64,000 nt of DNA from assembly GCA_042563095.1 (NCBI GenBank), contig JBHPMS010000002.1, forward strand, positions 5,551 to 69,550, read 5' to 3'. Position numbers and translations under genes: made by a program. Shown in pieces: positions 62,243-64,000 of the stretch (position 1 is its first letter; each line of letters opens with the position of its first letter). This DNA comes from Candidatus Margulisiibacteriota bacterium. Its GTDB lineage: Bacteria; Margulisbacteria; WOR-1; XYC2-FULL-46-14. Below the pieces are notes generated by a model. It saw nothing but the letters and a program-made list of their open reading frames with translations, did not search any database and was not told the origin of the DNA.

Positions 62243-63238
62243 TTATCTTGCAATAATTTCTCCTATTTCAAAAACCTTCTCTCCTGATCGTTCCAGTATG
62301 CTTATGGCCTTATCAATCTTTTTCGAGTCAAGAATAATAGCCATCCCAATCCCCATATTAAAAGTGCGAAACAGCTCTTTTTCTGTAACCTTCCCTCTCT
62401 TCTGGATTAATTTAAATATCGGCGGTACTCTCCAGGAGGATCTGTCAATTTTAACCTTTAATCCTTTTCTTAATAACCTTTCAATATTCTCATACAATCC
62501 ACCACCGGTAATATGGGCAATCCCATTAACCGGTACCACAGCTAGTAGTTTTAGAATTGATTGGACATAGATTTTTGTCGGCTTCAAAATCATAGCAGCT
62601 AACCGAGAACTGAGTACTTTCCTCGCTAAGCTGAATCCATTACTATGCAAACCAGAAGATGCAAGCCCAATGATTTGGTCGCCCGGTTTGATCTTTGATC
62701 CGTCAATAAGCTTTTTCCGTTTAACAACCCCAACTGTAAAACCGGCCAGGTCATACTCTCCCTTTTTATAAAGATCCCCCAGCTCGGCAATTTCACCACC
62801 GATCAGAGCACAGCCAGCCTGTTTACAGCCTTTTACAATCCCTTTGACAATCTGTGCTATAACTCTGGGATCAACTTTATTACAACCGATGTAGTCGAGA
62901 AAGAAAAGTGGTTTAGCTCCCTGGCAGATTAAATCATTTACATTCATTGCAACCAGGTCAATACCAACTGTATCATGTTTATTTAACATGAAAGCCAGTT
63001 TAAGCTTGGTCCCTACTCCATCGGTAGCTGAGACTAAAACATCTTGCTTATTAAGAGCAAAACACCCGCCAAAAAGGCCAATATTTCCTAAAACAGCCTT
63101 TGATTTAGTGCCTGTTGCAAGTTTCTTAATCTTTTTTACAGCCTGGTTAGCTGCATCAATATCTACACCAGCTTTTTTATAATCCACCTTTACCTCGTGC
63201 ACTCTGCTCTGTTGCTGTACCGTAGTAAACATCGCCAC
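62243..63238 (-). CDS. purM: Phosphoribosylformylglycinamidine cyclo-ligase (AIR synthetase)
   Basis: YKKAGVDIDAANQ..., PurM N- and C-terminal domains. The true start may be the GTG at about 63187. Confidence 0.9.
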   Translation of the reverse strand: MAMFTTVQQQSRVHEVKVDYKKAGVDIDAANQAVKKIKKLATGTKSKAVLGNIGLFGGCFALNKQDVLVSATDGVGTKLKLAFMLNKHDTVGIDLVAMNVNDLICQGAKPLFFLDYIGCNKVDPRVIAQIVKGIVKGCKQAGCALIGGEIAELGDLYKKGEYDLAGFTVGVVKRKKLIDGSKIKPGDQIIGLASSGLHSNGFSLARKVLSSRLAAMILKPTKIYVQSILKLLAVVPVNGIAHITGGGLYENIERLLRKGLKVKIDRSSWRVPPIFKLIQKRGKVTEKELFRTFNMGIGMAIILDSKKIDKAISILERSGEKVFEIGEIIAR

Positions 63239-63383
63239 CGCGTAACACTACAAAAAAGCGGCAATTTACATCTGTACAGGCCCAGGCTTTGTACCTGATC
63301 GCCACCGAATTATTTGAAAAATCAGACAACGGAACCATCTGTCCACCGCATTTTTTGCAATTTGGAAAACAATCGCAGCCCAT
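63177..63383 (-). CDS. 68-aa zinc-ribbon-like small protein between purF and purM
   Basis: A strong SD AAGGAGGTGA lies 6 nt upstream of the ATG. Cys pattern CDCFPNCKKC...CTDVNC. Confidence 0.45.
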   Translation of the reverse strand: MGCDCFPNCKKCGGQMVPLSDFSNNSVAIRYKAWACTDVNCRFFVVLRGGDVYYGTATEQSARGKGGL

Positions 63384-63413
63384 TACTGTTCACCTCCTTT
63401 ACCCCGAGCCCTG

Positions 63414-64000
63414 TTATTTAAATATTAAATTAAGATTTTCCAGTTTTTCCGGAATTTTAATAGGATACTGGTTATTAAAACAGGCTAAACAACAAGCGTC
63501 TTTCTTTGTCCCAACTGCCCTGAGCATCCCATTAATGCTTAAATAAGCTAAAGAATCAGCATCTATGTATTTTCTAATCCCTTCGACACTTAGATTTGAT
63601 GCACTCAATTCTGCCCGGGTTGGTGTATCAATCCCATAAAAACAGGGGCTGATAATCGGAGGAGACGAGACTCTAAAGTGTACCTCCCTGGCTCCTGCTT
63701 CTTTTAATATCTTTACAATGTTTCTGCTGCTGGTGCCGCGAACAATTGAATCATCAATGACCACAACTTTTTTTCCTCTCAAGGCATCACGGATCGGATT
63801 AAGTTTTAACTTAACTCCCTGCTCTCTGATTAACTGGCCCGGTTGGATAAATGTTCTGCCAACATAACGGTTTTTAATTAAGCCCTCACCAAATGGTATG
63901 CCCGACTCTTCGGCGTAGCCGATTGCAGCAGGAACACCAGATTCTGGCACGCCGATAACCATATCCGCTTTTACCGGGCTCTCTGCAGCCAGATATTTGC
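63414..64000 (-). CDS. purF: Amidophosphoribosyltransferase, C-terminal part (N-terminus beyond window)
   Basis: PRPP-binding [13 protein letters not shown], and 4Fe-4S cysteines CCLACF near the C-terminus. Confidence 0.9.
   Translation of the reverse strand, partial: KYLAAESPVKADMVIGVPESGVPAAIGYAEESGIPFGEGLIKNRYVGRTFIQPGQLIREQGVKLKLNPIRDALRGKKVVVIDDSIVRGTSSRNIVKILKEAGAREVHFRVSSPPIISPCFYGIDTPTRAELSASNLSVEGIRKYIDADSLAYLSINGMLRAVGTKKDACCLACFNNQYPIKIPEKLENLNLIFK

Overview
This window is an AT-rich bacterial chromosomal segment of about 64 kb, mostly tightly packed housekeeping genes. The organism looks diderm: there is a beta-barrel outer-membrane protein and a groEL with a GGM tail. No rRNA, tRNA, CRISPR, integrase or transposase was recognised.

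Gene content by function:
- Purine biosynthesis: purC, purB and purS at the 5' end; purF (partial), purM, purN and purH at the 3' end.
- Isoprenoid: ispG.
- Translation: prfB, prfA, prmC, tsaC, rpmE, infB, rbfA, truB, nrnA, nusA, hpf.
- Other core functions: secA, ligA, groES-groEL, comFC.
- Glycolysis neighbourhood: gpmI | tpiA-fba-PPi-PFK | vapBC | ATP-pfkA | an atypically long phosphohexomutase-like gene | pgi.
- Partial oxidative TCA operon: FAD oxidoreductase, an isopropylmalate/homocitrate-synthase-like (possible Re-citrate synthase) gene, icd, mdh.
- Cell envelope: TagA/WecB-family glycosyltransferase, CsaB pyruvyl transferase and a large membrane protein.
- Signalling and pili: a sigma-54 NtrC-type response regulator with its histidine kinase, next to a pilin-like gene.

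Accessory content:
- A VapB(AbrB)-VapC toxin-antitoxin pair with a consensus promoter and a palindromic operator.
- An AbiEi/AbiEii toxin-antitoxin cassette bracketed by 29-bp direct repeats derived from the 3' end of the neighbouring outer-membrane-protein gene.
- A gene not listed in the ORF track at the window start (1..1502, minus strand). It encodes a type-IV-pilin-like protein with at least four tandem 99-aa FN3-like repeats and runs off the window edge.

The strongest candidate for an undescribed system is a 5.7-kb co-directional operon (50985..56703) of five uncharacterised proteins. Three of them are built from receiver (REC) and pseudo-receiver domains. Two of those share a near-identical roughly 150-bp promoter plus 28-codon 5' leader, duplicated 1.3 kb apart. 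The operon has no kinase, Hpt or output domain and lies immediately next to the AbiE insertion.
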